Shown here one piece after another: positions 22,682 through 33,060 of a DNA stretch of 64,000 nt. The translations under genes and the position numbers were made by a program. The DNA comes from Patescibacteria group bacterium (GTDB taxonomy: Bacteria; Patescibacteriota; Microgenomatia; UBA8517). The notes under the pieces are model-generated. The model saw nothing but the letters and a program-made list of their open reading frames with translations. It had not been told where the DNA came from and searched no databases. Location of the stretch: positions 65,919 to 129,918 of the forward strand of contig JBBRBD010000001.1 of assembly GCA_038206135.1 (NCBI GenBank), given 5' to 3'. How positions within the stretch are numbered: the first letter of the stretch is position 1; each line of letters opens with the position of its first letter.

Positions 22682-23747
22682 GATCGCAATTTGTTATGAC
22701 CGTGTAAATAAATGGGGTGGTGCGGAACGAGTTTTGTTGTCATTACATGAGTTGTTCCCAGACGCGACACTTTTTACATCTGTATACGACCCGTTTGGAG
22801 CTCCTTGGGCTAAAGATTTTTCAAAAATTAAAACCTCTTTTTTACAGAAAATTCCATTTGCTCGAAAAAACCACGAATACTTTGCATTATTGATGCCAGT
22901 GGCATTTGAAAGTTTTGATTTTAGCGAATATGATGTTGTAATTTCTGTAACAAGTGAAGCAGCTAAGGGGATTATTACCGGTCCAAACACTATTCACATT
23001 TGTTATTGCTTAACCCCAACGCGATATTTGTGGAGTGGGAGGAAAACATATTTTGATACGGCCTTTAAAAGGTATTTAAGTTTGCCAGCAACTATATACC
23101 TTAAACATTGGGATAAAATTGCAAGTAAACGTCCTGATCAGATGGTAGGAATATCACACGAAGTTAATATGAGAATAAAAAAATATTATAATCGCTCGAG
23201 TACTATTATTTTCCCACCGGTTGAAGTAAATAAATTCGCAGTTGTATCAAAGAAACGTAAAGATTACTACCTTATCGTTTCTCGTCTAGTTCACTATAAA
23301 AAGGTGGATCTTGCCATTCGTACGTTTAATAAATTAAACAAGAAGTTAATTGTTGTGGGAACAGGCAGAGAAGAGAATAAATTGAGGAAGTTTGCGAATA
23401 CAAACATTACATTTATTACACAAGTAACAGATAGCGAACTTGCAAAGCTATACTCAGAGGCAAAAGCCCTTATTTTTCCACAACGTGAGGATTTTGGCTT
23501 AGTTGCTGTTGAAGCACTCGCTTCTGGAACACCTGTCATTGCTTACAAACGAGGTGGAGCTATTGATACTGTTACAGAAGGTATAACTGGAGTTTTTTTT
23601 AATAAGCAAACTGTAAAAAGCTTGTCTGATGCCATTTACTCATTTGAATCTCAGCATTTTAATGCAAAGTTACTTGTGGAGCATGCTCAAAAGTTCTCGA
23701 AGACACGCTTCTTGCATGAATTTGCTACAATGCTTAAACAAACATGA
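22668..23747 (+). CDS. Glycosyltransferase family 4 (WbaZ-like mannosyltransferase)
   Basis: GGAERVL, YCLTPTRYLW, EDFGLVAVEA. Confidence 0.88.
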   Translation: MRKPRIAICYDRVNKWGGAERVLLSLHELFPDATLFTSVYDPFGAPWAKDFSKIKTSFLQKIPFARKNHEYFALLMPVAFESFDFSEYDVVISVTSEAAKGIITGPNTIHICYCLTPTRYLWSGRKTYFDTAFKRYLSLPATIYLKHWDKIASKRPDQMVGISHEVNMRIKKYYNRSSTIIFPPVEVNKFAVVSKKRKDYYLIVSRLVHYKKVDLAIRTFNKLNKKLIVVGTGREENKLRKFANTNITFITQVTDSELAKLYSEAKALIFPQREDFGLVAVEALASGTPVIAYKRGGAIDTVTEGITGVFFNKQTVKSLSDAIYSFESQHFNAKLLVEHAQKFSKTRFLHEFATMLKQT

Positions 23748-24829
23748 AAATAGTAATATTTTGTGGTGGATATGGAACTCGTATGTGGCCTGCGAGTCGT
23801 AAAAGTTATCCCAAACAGTTTTTCCCCATTCTTGGAGGCAAGTCTTTTTTTGAACACACTCTTCACCGTTTTGAAAAAGCATATAAGCCTGAAGATATTT
23901 TAGTTTCTACAGAAAGCACCTATGCACACTTTGTGTATGAATTAGCTCCAGAAATCCCTAAAGAAAATGTTATTGTAGAGCCTGAGCGTAGAGATAACCT
24001 TGCGGCGATTGCGCTCGTAACAGCACTGTGTGAGAAGCGTTTCCCAGGCGAGGTAATATTTTTTAGTTGGTCAGATCATTTGATTAAAAAAGAATCTGAA
24101 TTTTTAAGGTATGTGTCTCTTGCGGGAGAATATGCACTACGAACTGGTACCCCAGTTTCAATTAACGAATACCCTACATTTCCAAATATTTATGATGGAT
24201 GGCTCAAATTTGGCGAAAAATTTGAATCAACTGGTGAAGAAAATTTGTATGAAATTGAGAAGTTCATTGAAAAGCCAAATCTTCAGACTGCTAAACGATT
24301 ATTTAAATCTAAGGGTTACTTAATACACACTGGATATGGCGCATGGCGGATAGATCGTCTTGCAACGTATTTCAAAAAATATGCAAGTGAGGCTTATTCC
24401 CATGTAACAACGATAGCATCAGAGTGGGGAACCCCGAAATTTGGAGAAATATTAAAATCAGAATATGCTCAGATTGAAAAGAATTCGATAGATTACGGCT
24501 TATTTGAAAAAATCCCTGCGAATGAACGTCTTACTATGGCCGTAGACACAGGTTGGCAAGATGTTGGCACCTGGGAACTCATGTTTGAATCTCTAGCCAC
24601 TGGGCCAGATGAAAACTTAGTCGAAGGCGAAGGTCAAGCAACGTTTTTAGATGCGAATGGTAACTTAGTTATTTCACCTGCAGGTAAGATGATTTCAGTT
24701 ATTGGACTATCGAATATGGCTATAATTGATACACCGACTGGTCTATTGGTTTGTCCTCTCGATAAGACATCAAAAGTAAAAGAGCTTTTTGGTATACTTG
24801 AGAAAGAGTATCCAGACTTCGTAAAATAG
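23744..24829 (+). CDS. manC: Mannose-1-phosphate guanylyltransferase
   Basis: GGYGTRMWPASRKSYPKQF, SDH, FIEKP, SIDY, WQDVGTW. Confidence 0.88.
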   Translation: MKIVIFCGGYGTRMWPASRKSYPKQFFPILGGKSFFEHTLHRFEKAYKPEDILVSTESTYAHFVYELAPEIPKENVIVEPERRDNLAAIALVTALCEKRFPGEVIFFSWSDHLIKKESEFLRYVSLAGEYALRTGTPVSINEYPTFPNIYDGWLKFGEKFESTGEENLYEIEKFIEKPNLQTAKRLFKSKGYLIHTGYGAWRIDRLATYFKKYASEAYSHVTTIASEWGTPKFGEILKSEYAQIEKNSIDYGLFEKIPANERLTMAVDTGWQDVGTWELMFESLATGPDENLVEGEGQATFLDANGNLVISPAGKMISVIGLSNMAIIDTPTGLLVCPLDKTSKVKELFGILEKEYPDFVK

Positions 24830-24855
24830 GAGGATTCGTGTAGAATGATTAAACT

Positions 24856-26871
24856 ATGCAAAAGAACCACGAAATCCCTCATATAAAACCTGTCTCAGTC
24901 TTAGATCCTAAGCCACTAGATATTCCAGAAATTAAGCCAGAAAACATGACAATTCCCATGAAAAAACTAAACACAAACAAAAAACACAAATTTCCGAAGA
25001 AAATACTGTTTGTTCTAGTAACGATTTTAGGTGTCGTTACTGTTCTTGCCGTGTTGATATCCATTCCTGTGTACGGTGTCTATAAGGAAGGGAAAGTACT
25101 TGCTGCGAAGGCACAAGATTTAAAGGCTTCAGTTGCTACGAATGACATTAGTGTTGTAAAAGCCCAACTGCAAACATTTGAAACAGAGCTCGGAGTCTTT
25201 CAAAACAAATATAAATCTATTGCGTTCTTGAAAGTAGTTCCTGTTGTTGGTTCGTATGTGCGTGACGGAGATAATGGCGTACAAGCTGGTCTTTACGGTA
25301 TTCAAGCAGGTAAGATTTTACTTGAAACAGTTGAGCCGTATGCAGACATTATTGGTTTTAAGGGTGCCGCAAGTAAAGCTGCGACAAGTGGAGCAGAAAA
25401 TGCAAATAATCGATTAGAATTCCTCATCAACACAATCAAAGGTGTCACACCAAAGATTGATGAAATCTCACAAAAGGCAGCTTTGGCTGAAAAATCCTTA
25501 GAGCTTATCGATCCAACAAAATATCCAGAGACATTTAGAGGAGTTAAAGTGCGCGCACAGCTCACATCACTCCTAGATCTTGCAAAGCAAGGAACCTCGT
25601 TGCTTGCTCAGAGTAAGCCGATTGTAGAAGAAGCTCCTTATCTTCTCGGCGTAGATGAACCTCGAAGATATTTACTTATATTCCAAAACGATAGTGAACA
25701 GCGCCCAACTGGTGGATTCTTGAGCGCCTATTCTGTTATCGACATTAACAAAGGAAAGTTTCACTCGGTTACTTCAAACGATATCTATAATTTAGACGAT
25801 AAATATAAACCTTCAATCCAAGCACCTGATATTTTTCCACAATATTTAGCTGGAATTTATGTTGCAAACAATAAATTCAGACTTCGGGATATGAACTGGT
25901 CACCAGACTTTAAAACAAGTATGGAAATGTTTCTGCCTGAGGCTGCAAAAGCAGGCCTTACTGGATTCGATGGTGTGATTATGGTTGACACCAAAGTGCT
26001 TCGCAATATTTTAGAAGTAATTGGAACAGTCGGAGTTCCAGGATTTGGAAATTTTGGAACACAAACAGATCCTCGCTGTAATTGTCCAGAGTTCATCTAC
26101 ATTTTGCAGGATTACACCAGTGTAGAAGGTCCTGTTGTGTGGAGTCAGAATGAACCAGGCAAAATTGTCTTTGCACCAGCAAACTACGGGAAGAATAGAA
26201 AAGATATCTTGGGTGTACTCATGAACTCTGTATTATCAAACACACTTGGTCAGGGCAAAGATAAACTTCCTGCATTATTCCAAGCAGCCTGGACATCCGT
26301 TGCTGCAAAAGACGTACAAATATATATGTTTGACAATAAAGCTCAGGCTGCAGTCGAATCATTTAATCTTGCCGGAAGAATACAGGATTTTCAGGGTGAT
26401 TATTTGAACATTAACAACGCTAACCTTGGAGGACGCAAATCGAACTTATATTCAAGTTATGAAGCAGTTCAAACATATAAGAAAAATTCTGATGGAACGA
26501 TTGATAAAACGTTGGAAATCACGTATAAGAATCCACAAAAGTATGACGGTTGGTTGAATTCTGTTTTACCAACTTGGACTCGCGTATATGTTCCTAAGGG
26601 TAGTACTTTAATAAGCGCCGATGGATTTGAAACTCCTGGAGATACCTCTGAAGACCTTGGAAAAACAGTATTTTCTGGAGGTTTTAAACTTCGACCTGAA
26701 GGTTTAAAGAAAATTACTATTAAATACAAATTACCTGGTAAATATGGTGCATCAGTTCCTCTGCTTATGCAAAAACAGCCAGGAGTTGAAAGTTTATTCA
26801 CCGTAAACGCAAATGGTCAACATGAAGAATTTAATTTGCTCTCAGATAAGCAAATGATTATTCGCCTCTAA
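24856..26871 (+). CDS. DUF4012-family membrane-anchored protein
   Basis: YLLIFQNDSEQRPTGGF, RDMNWSPDF, N-terminal TM. Confidence 0.8.
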   Translation: MQKNHEIPHIKPVSVLDPKPLDIPEIKPENMTIPMKKLNTNKKHKFPKKILFVLVTILGVVTVLAVLISIPVYGVYKEGKVLAAKAQDLKASVATNDISVVKAQLQTFETELGVFQNKYKSIAFLKVVPVVGSYVRDGDNGVQAGLYGIQAGKILLETVEPYADIIGFKGAASKAATSGAENANNRLEFLINTIKGVTPKIDEISQKAALAEKSLELIDPTKYPETFRGVKVRAQLTSLLDLAKQGTSLLAQSKPIVEEAPYLLGVDEPRRYLLIFQNDSEQRPTGGFLSAYSVIDINKGKFHSVTSNDIYNLDDKYKPSIQAPDIFPQYLAGIYVANNKFRLRDMNWSPDFKTSMEMFLPEAAKAGLTGFDGVIMVDTKVLRNILEVIGTVGVPGFGNFGTQTDPRCNCPEFIYILQDYTSVEGPVVWSQNEPGKIVFAPANYGKNRKDILGVLMNSVLSNTLGQGKDKLPALFQAAWTSVAAKDVQIYMFDNKAQAAVESFNLAGRIQDFQGDYLNINNANLGGRKSNLYSSYEAVQTYKKNSDGTIDKTLEITYKNPQKYDGWLNSVLPTWTRVYVPKGSTLISADGFETPGDTSEDLGKTVFSGGFKLRPEGLKKITIKYKLPGKYGASVPLLMQKQPGVESLFTVNANGQHEEFNLLSDKQMIIRL

Positions 26872-27413
26872 TGCCCACACAGTACGGCTCAAGTTCCCTT
26901 CATTCTATAGTAATCGGTGCAAAAAATTATGGAGAAGCAGATGTTATCGTGACGCTTTATACAAAAGAAAAAGGGAAGGTAGTAGCTATTGCGAAAGGAG
27001 CAAGAAAACTTACTAGTAAAAAACGATCTGCTCTTTTGTTGTTTTGTAAGGTTAATTGCGAAGTAATTGAGACAAAAGGTATGGGAATAATTAGAGAAGC
27101 CAAACTTGTGACCTCATTTGAAGAATTTAGAACAGACCTTCGAAAAGTCTCGCTCGCTTATTTTTTTTGTGAAGTGACTCGTAAAATTACGCCAGAAAAC
27201 GTTCCACAGGCAGAAATTTATATTCTCCTTTCTAAAGCCCTAACTCGACTTTCACAGACCTCGAAACTAAAGTTTCTAAAAAATGCGTTTACAAAACATA
27301 TTTTAGAATATTCTGGGTATTCGGTTGAAAATGGCATAGAACCACTTTTGGTGCTGTCACAAGTAATAGAGAGAGAATTAGGAAGTGTACGCGTCGGTCG
27401 CATGATACAATAA
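26871..27413 (+). CDS. recO: DNA repair protein RecO (short form)
   Basis: YGEADVIVTLYTKEKGKVVAIAKGAR N-terminal OB fold. Confidence 0.88.
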   Translation: MPTQYGSSSLHSIVIGAKNYGEADVIVTLYTKEKGKVVAIAKGARKLTSKKRSALLLFCKVNCEVIETKGMGIIREAKLVTSFEEFRTDLRKVSLAYFFCEVTRKITPENVPQAEIYILLSKALTRLSQTSKLKFLKNAFTKHILEYSGYSVENGIEPLLVLSQVIERELGSVRVGRMIQ

Positions 27414-27420
27414 TTGCCAC

Positions 27421-28521
27421 ATGCATAAAGTTTTGTGTCCTCACTGTGGAAAAGAAGTTGAGCTGACTGATGCCTTCAAGCATCAGATTGAATCTGAGAT
27501 TGCGGATAGTATTAAAGAAACCCTTACGAAAGAATTAACAGAAAAATCTTCAATTGAACTTACTGAACTCAAGAAAGAACTTGATGAAAAAAATAAGAAA
27601 GTAGTAGAACTTCGTGATCAAGAAATAAATTTGCGTGCTGAAAAAAGAAAGATTGAAGAGCGGGAAAAAGATTTAACTCTTGAGGTTGAGCGCAAACTTG
27701 ATGAACAAAGAAAGATAGTTGCTGAAGAAGTTTCTAAGAAGTCATATGAAGAACATAAATTGAAAGATTTAGAAAAAGAAAAGAAAATTCGAGATATGGA
27801 AAACTTGATCGAAGAACTACGCCGCAAATCTGAACAAGGTAGCCAACAAACACAAGGTGAAGTATTAGAGCTCGATTTAGAAGAAAACTTAAGACAAAGT
27901 TTCCCTTCAGACTCAATTGAACCCGTAGGAAAAGGTGTTCGAGGCGCTGATGTAAGACAAATTGTTAGAAGTCCGATGGGTAATGCATGTGGGGTGATTT
28001 TATGGGAAAGTAAACGTACGAAAGCTTGGGTGGACGAATGGGCGACAAAACTCAAAGAAGACTTGAGAAGTGAAAAAGCAGATATTCCAGTAATTGTTAC
28101 AACAACACTGCCAAAGGAAGTATCAGTTGGCCTAGCATTATATGAAGGGGTTTGGGTAGTGAAATATGAACTGGCATTGGTACTAGCGCAAATTCTGAGA
28201 AAAAACATACTTGACGTTGCGCGTCAAAAAGCAGTTTCTGCGCAAAAGAGTGATAAGGCAAGTATGCTTTACGATTATGTAATGGGACATGAATTCAGAC
28301 AGCAGGTCGAAGCAATAGCTGAAATATTTAAGGAAGAACAAGAGCTTATTCAAAAGGAAAGGGCCTCGTTTGAGCGAATTTGGAAAGCTAGAGAATCTCG
28401 TAACAAGCGTCTTATCATGTCGACAGCAAATATTTATGGAAGTGTGCAAGGCCTTGTTGGGACTTCAATGCCACAAATTAAGGGATTAGATCTGATGGAG
28501 CTGGAGGATGGTAATAATTAA
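27421..28521 (+). CDS. DUF2130-family coiled-coil protein
   Basis: CPHC, long coiled coil, GSQQTQGEVLEL, ILWESKRTKAW. Confidence 0.82.
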   Translation: MHKVLCPHCGKEVELTDAFKHQIESEIADSIKETLTKELTEKSSIELTELKKELDEKNKKVVELRDQEINLRAEKRKIEEREKDLTLEVERKLDEQRKIVAEEVSKKSYEEHKLKDLEKEKKIRDMENLIEELRRKSEQGSQQTQGEVLELDLEENLRQSFPSDSIEPVGKGVRGADVRQIVRSPMGNACGVILWESKRTKAWVDEWATKLKEDLRSEKADIPVIVTTTLPKEVSVGLALYEGVWVVKYELALVLAQILRKNILDVARQKAVSAQKSDKASMLYDYVMGHEFRQQVEAIAEIFKEEQELIQKERASFERIWKARESRNKRLIMSTANIYGSVQGLVGTSMPQIKGLDLMELEDGNN

Positions 28522-28868
28522 AGGGCGAGTATATTCGCTAGCCCAAATGAAATAGTCTAACTGTCGGGAGTATCTTCATCTCCTTCGTCTTTAATCAGAA
28601 GCCAATTGTGGATCCTGTGTGAGTATGCATTCTCCGTATCAACCCGAGCTTTAATAGCAACAGGTGTAACCCGAATAATGTAAGTGTATGTTTTAAACCG
28701 ACGACTTCTTAAGTTGCTGTATTAGGTTCATACAGTCCATTCGTAGAAATCCAACTTAACATAGATAATCAAATTTTTATGTAAACATCATTCTTAAGCT
28801 CTATCTTGTAGTATTTTGCCAAATTTCTCCCATTTTTCAACTTGAGGCAAAGAAGGTACAATATATCA

Positions 28869-30254
28869 ATGGCAGAATTATCAACGATGGAAAAAATTGT
28901 AGGGCTTTGTAAACGTCGAGGTTTTGTGTTTCCTACTTCTGAAATTTATGGAGGACTTGCTAACTCGTACGACTACGGTCCTATGGGGGCAGAACTTATG
29001 AGAAACATTCGCAATTTGTGGTGGAAAGAATTTATTAATAAGAAGGCGGATATGGTCGGGTTAGACTCACAAATAATACTTCACCCTCAAACATGGGTAG
29101 CTTCTGGACACGTGGGTTCATTTTCTGATCCACTCGTTGAAGACATTAAAACTCACAAACGATATAGAGCAGATCACTTGATCGAAGCATTTTTACCAGA
29201 TGACACGGACATTGTTGTTGAGGACATGACACTTGATGAGATGGGTGCATTTATTGAAGATAACAATGTGAAAAGTCCTGAAGGGAATGAACTCACAAAA
29301 CCTAAGGCATTTAATTTATTATTTGAAACGGAGATAGGTTCTGTTTCTGGAGAAAAGAGCAAAGTATATTTACGAGGTGAGACCGCACAAGGAATTTTTA
29401 CAAACTTCAAACAGGTTATTGATTCTACTCGAGTTCAATTACCATTTGGTATTGGCCAAATTGGCAGAAGCTTTAGAAATGAAATTACAACTGGGCAATT
29501 CATTTTTAGAACACTTGAATTTGAACAGGCGGAAATTGAATATTTCTTTAATCCTGAAGAAACAAACTGGGAAGAACTTATGGAAAGTTGGAAAGATTCT
29601 ATGTTCAATTTTGTAACTAAAACTTTGGGTATTAAAAAAGAGCATGTTAGATGGAGGCGCCATACTGACAAAGAGCGTAGTCACTATTCAAAAGACACGT
29701 ATGATCTTGATTACCAATATCCCTTCGGTTGGAAGGAATTGTGGGGAATTGCATACCGAACAGATTACGACCTGCAACAGCATATGAAGCATTCCAAGGA
29801 ATCTTTGGAATACACAAATCCTCAAACTGGCAAAAAATTTGTTCCTCATGTAATCGAACCAGCTGTAGGTATTAACAGAATATTTCTAATGACTTTGGCT
29901 GATGCTTATTTTGAAGATAAAGCAGAAGGTAAAGTGATATTAAAATTAGACCCAAAACTTGCTCCTTACATAGCTTGTGTGTCTCCACTTTTGGCTAACA
30001 AAGAACAATTAGTTAATAAAGCAAAAGGTCTGTTTAGTTCACTCGCAAATGAGTTTAACGTAACGTGGGATGCTCGTGGGAACATTGGTAAGAGATATGC
30101 GGCGCAAGATGAAATTGGAACGCCATACTGCTTAACGATTGATTTTCAAACGCTTGAAGATGAAACAATTACTGTTCGAGACCGAGATACAGGAAAGCAG
30201 GATAGACTTCCAATTTCAGGAATCGCTCAGTATCTCCACTCAAAATTAAAGTAA
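28869..30254 (+). CDS. glyQS: Glycine--tRNA ligase, alpha2 (class IIa) type
   Basis: KRRGF..SEIYGG, YLRGETAQG, FRNEI, PHVIEP, IGKRY..QDEIGTP. Confidence 0.95.
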   Translation: MAELSTMEKIVGLCKRRGFVFPTSEIYGGLANSYDYGPMGAELMRNIRNLWWKEFINKKADMVGLDSQIILHPQTWVASGHVGSFSDPLVEDIKTHKRYRADHLIEAFLPDDTDIVVEDMTLDEMGAFIEDNNVKSPEGNELTKPKAFNLLFETEIGSVSGEKSKVYLRGETAQGIFTNFKQVIDSTRVQLPFGIGQIGRSFRNEITTGQFIFRTLEFEQAEIEYFFNPEETNWEELMESWKDSMFNFVTKTLGIKKEHVRWRRHTDKERSHYSKDTYDLDYQYPFGWKELWGIAYRTDYDLQQHMKHSKESLEYTNPQTGKKFVPHVIEPAVGINRIFLMTLADAYFEDKAEGKVILKLDPKLAPYIACVSPLLANKEQLVNKAKGLFSSLANEFNVTWDARGNIGKRYAAQDEIGTPYCLTIDFQTLEDETITVRDRDTGKQDRLPISGIAQYLHSKLK

Positions 30255-30301
30255 TTTCTCTGTTTGTTGACAATACGATGTTTCGAATGACAGAATAACC
30301 T

Positions 30302-31057
30302 ATGAATAAAAAGTATGTTCCATTAGTCCTTGTTGGAATCGGAATTCTCGCTGTTGTCGGTGTTTTTGCAAGTATGCGCATAGGTTCTACTCCCGAACCC
30401 ACACCATCACCTGTGGTTGAAGAAGTGGCTCCAGATGTTCCATTTGACCAACGCCCTTATGTAACACTTACACCACGCTCTGATGGCCATTGGGTCAAGC
30501 TCTCAATTATGGGTGTAAACAAGGTGTCTGGTGCGGCTTCAATTGATTATGTATTAGAATATCGGACATCTGCCGATGTAAATCAAGGCGTTCCTGGCTC
30601 GGTAAAGCTTTCTGGAATTACTAATATTGATCGTGATCTTCTCCTTGGTTCTGAATCATCGGGTAAGTTTAGGTACGATGATGGTGTCACAAAAGGAAGT
30701 CTGACACTTAGGTTTAGAGATACATCAGGAAAACTTCTGGGTAAACTATCAACTGACTTTAGTTTGCAAGATTACACTGCTGATACTCTAGTTTCAGTAG
30801 ATGGAAACTTTAGTTATAAGCTAGACAAAAAAACTAAGAAAGGCTATTTTGTAACGATCAATACTCTTGGAGTGCCAGAAGGAGTAAAAGGGGAAATTGA
30901 AAAAGGACCATATGGCGTATTTACATCAGAGACAATCGCATTTCCAGGCAAGGTTACAATGGATGGTAAAACAATTAGTCGTTGGGGTGACGCCAAATGG
31001 AACATAATTAAAAACGGAGTATCTTCAGATCTTGGCGTATTTATCTCTACGAACTAG
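30302..31057 (+). CDS. Hypothetical membrane-anchored protein
   Basis: N-terminal TM, PT-rich linker; own promoter (TTGACA 30267). Confidence 0.65.
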   Translation: MNKKYVPLVLVGIGILAVVGVFASMRIGSTPEPTPSPVVEEVAPDVPFDQRPYVTLTPRSDGHWVKLSIMGVNKVSGAASIDYVLEYRTSADVNQGVPGSVKLSGITNIDRDLLLGSESSGKFRYDDGVTKGSLTLRFRDTSGKLLGKLSTDFSLQDYTADTLVSVDGNFSYKLDKKTKKGYFVTINTLGVPEGVKGEIEKGPYGVFTSETIAFPGKVTMDGKTISRWGDAKWNIIKNGVSSDLGVFISTN

Positions 31058-31065
31058 TATTCTTC

Positions 31066-31095
31066 AAAAAAAACACACTGGTATGAAACCAGTGT
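31066..31095 (-). terminator. Intrinsic terminator between convergent genes
   Basis: ACACTGG/CCAGTGT stem with A8 tract on the + strand. Confidence 0.55.
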
Positions 31096-31106
31096 ATTAA
31101 AAATCT

Positions 31107-31637
31107 TCATTGAAATGTAATCGTACTTATTTGGAAACTTCCATCAGGCCGCACATAGTATATATGTAGCTTACCTGCCTTTATAAACATCAACGAAGTC
31201 CAAGCCCAAATCCAGTAATCAGGATTATATTCGTTATGAAACTCGGCTACTACTTTGTCGCTACCGTCTTTTTGCAAGTGAATTTCACCTTTTTCTGGGT
31301 AGTACACATAATATCCATAGTCCGAATGTTGTCCAGTTGGATTTATTGGTTTATATGACAACAAATCATCCATCGAGATATTTGTGTGATCCCATCCTTG
31401 TCCATTTTGCTTGAGTAGAATCACTTTTCCTGACCACGTCGCAAAAACAGGATCGTAACCCGTGGGCAGCGATTGATCTTCATAATACCAAAATCCACCG
31501 TTAGCCGGATCAATTGGAATCGGAATACTTGTAGGTTCAGGTATTTGCTGTTTTGGTACAACAAAACAACCAGGAATCAACATCAAGATTATTAACCCGA
31601 AATTTATAAAGCAAAATCTAAGCCAATTTGGTTTCAT
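31107..31637 (-). CDS. Hypothetical secreted protein, possible lipoprotein
   Basis: Hydrophobic signal ending LIPGC; aromatic-rich body. Confidence 0.6.
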   Translation of the reverse strand: MKPNWLRFCFINFGLIILMLIPGCFVVPKQQIPEPTSIPIPIDPANGGFWYYEDQSLPTGYDPVFATWSGKVILLKQNGQGWDHTNISMDDLLSYKPINPTGQHSDYGYYVYYPEKGEIHLQKDGSDKVVAEFHNEYNPDYWIWAWTSLMFIKAGKLHIYYVRPDGSFQISTITFQ

Positions 31638-31742
31638 TCAATTTACCCCCTAGCTTATTAACAAGTACAAAAATATATCACAAGAAATCCCATAACACAA
31701 TTATTTTAATTGTTACATCAAATATTATGAAAACTCTTCCCC

Positions 31743-31796
31743 TTGACGAGTGTGTGAAAACTATTCATAATGGTGAAGATTGGTGACAAATGGTGA
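31743..31796 (+). promoter_or_regulatory. dcw promoter with three putative MraZ boxes
   Basis: TTGACG(31743)-17 bp-CATAAT(31766); TGGTGA at 31771, 31781, 31791 (10-bp period). Confidence 0.8.
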
Positions 31797-31799
31797 AAT

Positions 31800-32231
31800 A
31801 TGCTACTAGGAAACTACTTAAGTCAACTCAGCGCGGGGAACAGAGTGGCCGTTCCCAAAAAGTTTCGTTCTCAACTAGGGGAAACTTGTATTGTGGCCAA
31901 ATGGTACGACAAATGTATTGTGCTTCTATCAGAGGAAGCATGGAGTGAACTTTTACAACGATTAACAGTAACGGAAACAATTCCAACTGCCGCAGTCCGC
32001 GACACTATGCGATTTGTCATGGGTTCAGCTTTTGATGTGAACTTTGACACACAAGGACGATTTGTTATTCCGGAGGCATTGTTGAAATATGCAGGTATAA
32101 GCGGAGAAGTAATGTTCCTTGGGCTTGGATCACGCATTGAAATTTGGGATAAGCAAGAATGGCAAGCTAAAGAAGATTATATTTCAGAGCATGCGGGGGC
32201 GCTCTTAGAACAACTTGCAGATGGAAAGTAA
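31800..32231 (+). CDS. mraZ: Transcriptional regulator MraZ
   Basis: RVAVPKKFR, DTQGRFVIP, RIEIWD; first gene of the dcw cluster. Confidence 0.95.
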   Translation: MLLGNYLSQLSAGNRVAVPKKFRSQLGETCIVAKWYDKCIVLLSEEAWSELLQRLTVTETIPTAAVRDTMRFVMGSAFDVNFDTQGRFVIPEALLKYAGISGEVMFLGLGSRIEIWDKQEWQAKEDYISEHAGALLEQLADGK

Positions 32232-33060
32232 AGTGGTTCATGAGCCTGTTCTTTTAGAGGAAGTACTTGTAGGGTTAGAGATTAAGGTTGATGGAATGTA
32301 TATAGATGCAACACTTGGCGCAGGAGGCCATAGTGAAGCAATTTTAGGGCTCGGAGGTAAAGTTCTGGGTATTGAGGCCGATGAAACAATGATCAAACTT
32401 TCGGAGGAGCGTTTAGCAAAAAGCTGTCCTACGCTCGTCCGAGGGAATTTTGAGAACATTGTAGAAATCGCTCGATCCCAAAACTTTGCCCCAGTAGACG
32501 GGGTGTTAATGGATTTGGGTGTTTCAAACTTTCATTACGAAACTCTAAAAAGAGGTTTTAGTTTTAGAAATGAAAGTGAACCGCTTGATATGAGGCTCTC
32601 AGAGAAAGATAGCGCAGTTACGGCGGCAACACTTTTAAATGTACTTTCTGAAAGTCAATTATTAACCCTTTTTGAGGAAGTAATTGGAAATCATAAAGCG
32701 AGGCTTATAACGAAACAAATATTAAGAGCTCGTGTAAGTAAACCTTTTGAAACAGTGTTCGATTTGAAAAGAGCTGCTCGTGAAATGGCTCCGGAGGTGT
32801 TTTTAGCACTACGAATCGCAGTAAACACCGAGTTTCAAGTTTTAGAGAATGGGATCAGAGGAGCATATGAAATCCTAAAAGTTGGTGGAAAATTAGCCGT
32901 TATATCGTTTCATTCACTTGAAGACAAAATAGTTGTGAGATTGTTTCGAGAGTTTGGAGGAGAAATGGAAACAAAAGAGCCAATTGTTCCGAGTCAAGAA
33001 GAAGTACAACGAAATTCAAAAAGTCGGTCTGCTTTACTAAGAATTATCAGAAAATCATGA
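32221..33060 (+). CDS. rsmH: 16S rRNA m4C1402 methyltransferase
   Basis: HEPVL, DATLGAGGHS, DLGVS, SFHSLED. Confidence 0.95.
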   Translation: MESKVVHEPVLLEEVLVGLEIKVDGMYIDATLGAGGHSEAILGLGGKVLGIEADETMIKLSEERLAKSCPTLVRGNFENIVEIARSQNFAPVDGVLMDLGVSNFHYETLKRGFSFRNESEPLDMRLSEKDSAVTAATLLNVLSESQLLTLFEEVIGNHKARLITKQILRARVSKPFETVFDLKRAAREMAPEVFLALRIAVNTEFQVLENGIRGAYEILKVGGKLAVISFHSLEDKIVVRLFREFGGEMETKEPIVPSQEEVQRNSKSRSALLRIIRKS

